A stretch of DNA of 64,000 nucleotides from Octopus sinensis (lineage: Eukaryota), in assembly GCF_006345805.1 (NCBI RefSeq), contig NC_042999.1, forward strand, positions 84,692,001 to 84,756,000. The letters run 5' to 3'. The notes beneath the pieces are model-generated. The model saw only the letters and a list, made by a program, of their open reading frames with translations, searched no databases and had not been told where the DNA came from. Made by a program: the position numbers and the translations under genes. This document shows, piece after piece, positions 62,280 through 64,000 of this stretch. Each line of letters begins with the position of its first letter. The first letter of the stretch is position 1.

Positions 62280-62385
62280 ACTTACACGTGTTCTCGCTGC
62301 AGCGACTGCTCACAGTTGCAAATGCAATCTCGCAATATATTGTCGGTGCTGCTTCATCAGTGTCCGTCCATTTGGTAAACCTTAA
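62280..62385 (-). repeat. Unclassified ~100-bp repeat, copy 2
   Basis: See 50095-50195. Confidence 0.7.
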
Positions 62386-62694
62386 ACTGAGCTGACTGAA
62401 GTAAATTTTATTAGTTAGTGTTATATGAGAGGAGGGGAGTGTTGCTATTTATGGGTATGTGCTGCTGACCTCAACTTCACCCTCAGTCGCTGTACGAAGT
62501 TAGGACATGGTCTAAAATAGGTCAAAGTCGAGATTATTGTTTTTGTAAGGCTCTTTGTTCGTTTTAATGGTTGTGCGTGTCATGTTTTTGATTTTGAGTG
62601 TAGTGCTTGTATTGAAGGGTTCATGCTTGTTTATATTCAACTTGTGATTGGGCTCCTCATGGTTTGTATTATATATTGAATATGGTATATGTAT

Positions 62695-62749
<55 letters not shown>

Positions 62750-63039
62750 AGAAAAAGAAGAAAATGGAGAAACTGACATATAGATATCAGTCTATTCAAA
62801 GCTATTCAAAACTATGTAATATGAAATTCACATCACTACAGCCGTTTCCATGTCCAATTAATTCAATTAGAGAAATTAAATTGAATTAAATTAATATCTT
62901 CATATCGAAACTGATTGATTGGTTATTTCATCAGGGGGAGAATTTCCAGAAAGAAGTTACATTCCAACGTGTTGGTCGATCCGTGACAGATTCAGATGTG
63001 TGCGTTTTGGTAATTTATGTATTTAAAAAAAACCATTAT

Positions 63040-63082
<43 letters not shown>

Positions 63083-63310
63083 TATAAAGAAATATGTATG
63101 ATATAGTTGTGCGCGTGCGTTTGTAATACATAATAGTAGGTATTGGTTGTGGTTTTGCAATTAGGGTGAACTAGGTGTTAATAAGAGAAAGTGCAGGAAG
63201 GAGCAGTAACATTCACCATGTAGCATGTTTGTTAAAATATGGAAGCCAAAGAAAAATATGGCGTATCAAAAACTGCTAATTAACTATCATATAGGATTTT
63301 ATTTATTTTT

Positions 63311-63562
63311 ATTTATGCGCCCTTTTCAAGCCTAGCCAGGATCATGGGCCCGGTTTCCCAGTTTCTGTGACGTTACTCACGAAACAGGAAGAGAGAGTGA
63401 GAAAAAGTTAAGGCGAAAGAGTACAACAGGGGTCGCCACCACCCCCTGCCGGAGCCACGTGGAGCTTTAGGTGTTTTCGCTCAATAAACACACACAACGC
63501 CCGGTCTGGGAATCGGAACTGCGATCCTCCGACCGCGAATCCGCTGCCCTAACAACTGGGCC
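63311..63562 (-). mobile_element. tRNA-derived SINE (third family)
   Basis: Minus head ggcccagttgttagggcagcggattcgcggtcggaggatcgcagttccgattcccagacc (A/B boxes), body gagcgaaaacacctaaagctccac, 3' end ggcttgaaaagggcgcataaataaaaat. Confidence 0.82.
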
Positions 63563-64000
63563 TCCACTATTATAGTATTGCGTCATCTATATTTGTGCGC
63601 AATAGTTATGGTCAATATAACTACGTAAACAAAGGAAAACTTAAACGTTACGAAATACAATTGATAAAAAAGTTTTATATAAAAACTAAATTTACTAAAG
63701 CTACTACTACTATAAAATCAATATGTTTTACCTCTAACTTAGTTTAATAAATTACATTCTGAAATATCAAATACATATTCATGAGAAACGTTATTAATTG
63801 AATTTATAGCAAATCACAATGATACAGTACGTGTGTTGAAAACTTAATGTACATATTTACTATTTAATTAATATTTTTATATCGATATTATATCTACTAA
63901 GCATTCTTTAATGCTTATATTTACAGATGCTAGTGTAATAATAAAACGTGAAGTATCAACAGTTTCAAATTACAAGTAGTTTTAACATATGATTAATTAT

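Noticed and set aside
62320-62370. CUGAUGA-containing fold as a further hammerhead
   Set aside because: GAAA is GAGA, U16.1 is missing, and the paralogous copy at 50095 lacks the core.

Overview
Eukaryotic, AT-rich, microsatellite-saturated DNA with no confidently identifiable host protein-coding gene, rRNA, intact tRNA or CRISPR array; it reads as intergenic or deep intronic sequence. The tRNA-derived SINEs, (AAT)n-linked R4/Dong LINEs and dense (TA)n/(CA)n/(AAT)n tracts resemble what I recognise from octopod cephalopod genomes (inference, not a database result). Nearly all non-simple sequence is transposon-derived: two young CR1/jockey-type RT LINE copies (one with an unbroken 628-aa frame), a near-complete R4/Dong element plus seven further fragments, two Penelope-like (GIY-YIG) relics, L1/Tx1 and RTE fragments, two mariners, a Tc1, a pogo-type and a hAT-type MITE, a non-autonomous Helitron and several SINEs. 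The most notable signal is a repeat that joins a tRNA-like Pol III head (A/B boxes) through an (AAT)n linker to a tail folding into a minimal Penelope-type hammerhead ribozyme (three tail copies; head-tail link seen once). Also notable are several long fold-back structures, a template-switch junction at the 5' end of a Penelope copy, and a perfect GC-rich palindrome inside a (TA)n tract. Most ORFs in the supplied track are microsatellite or antisense artefacts. All alignments and identities were judged by eye.
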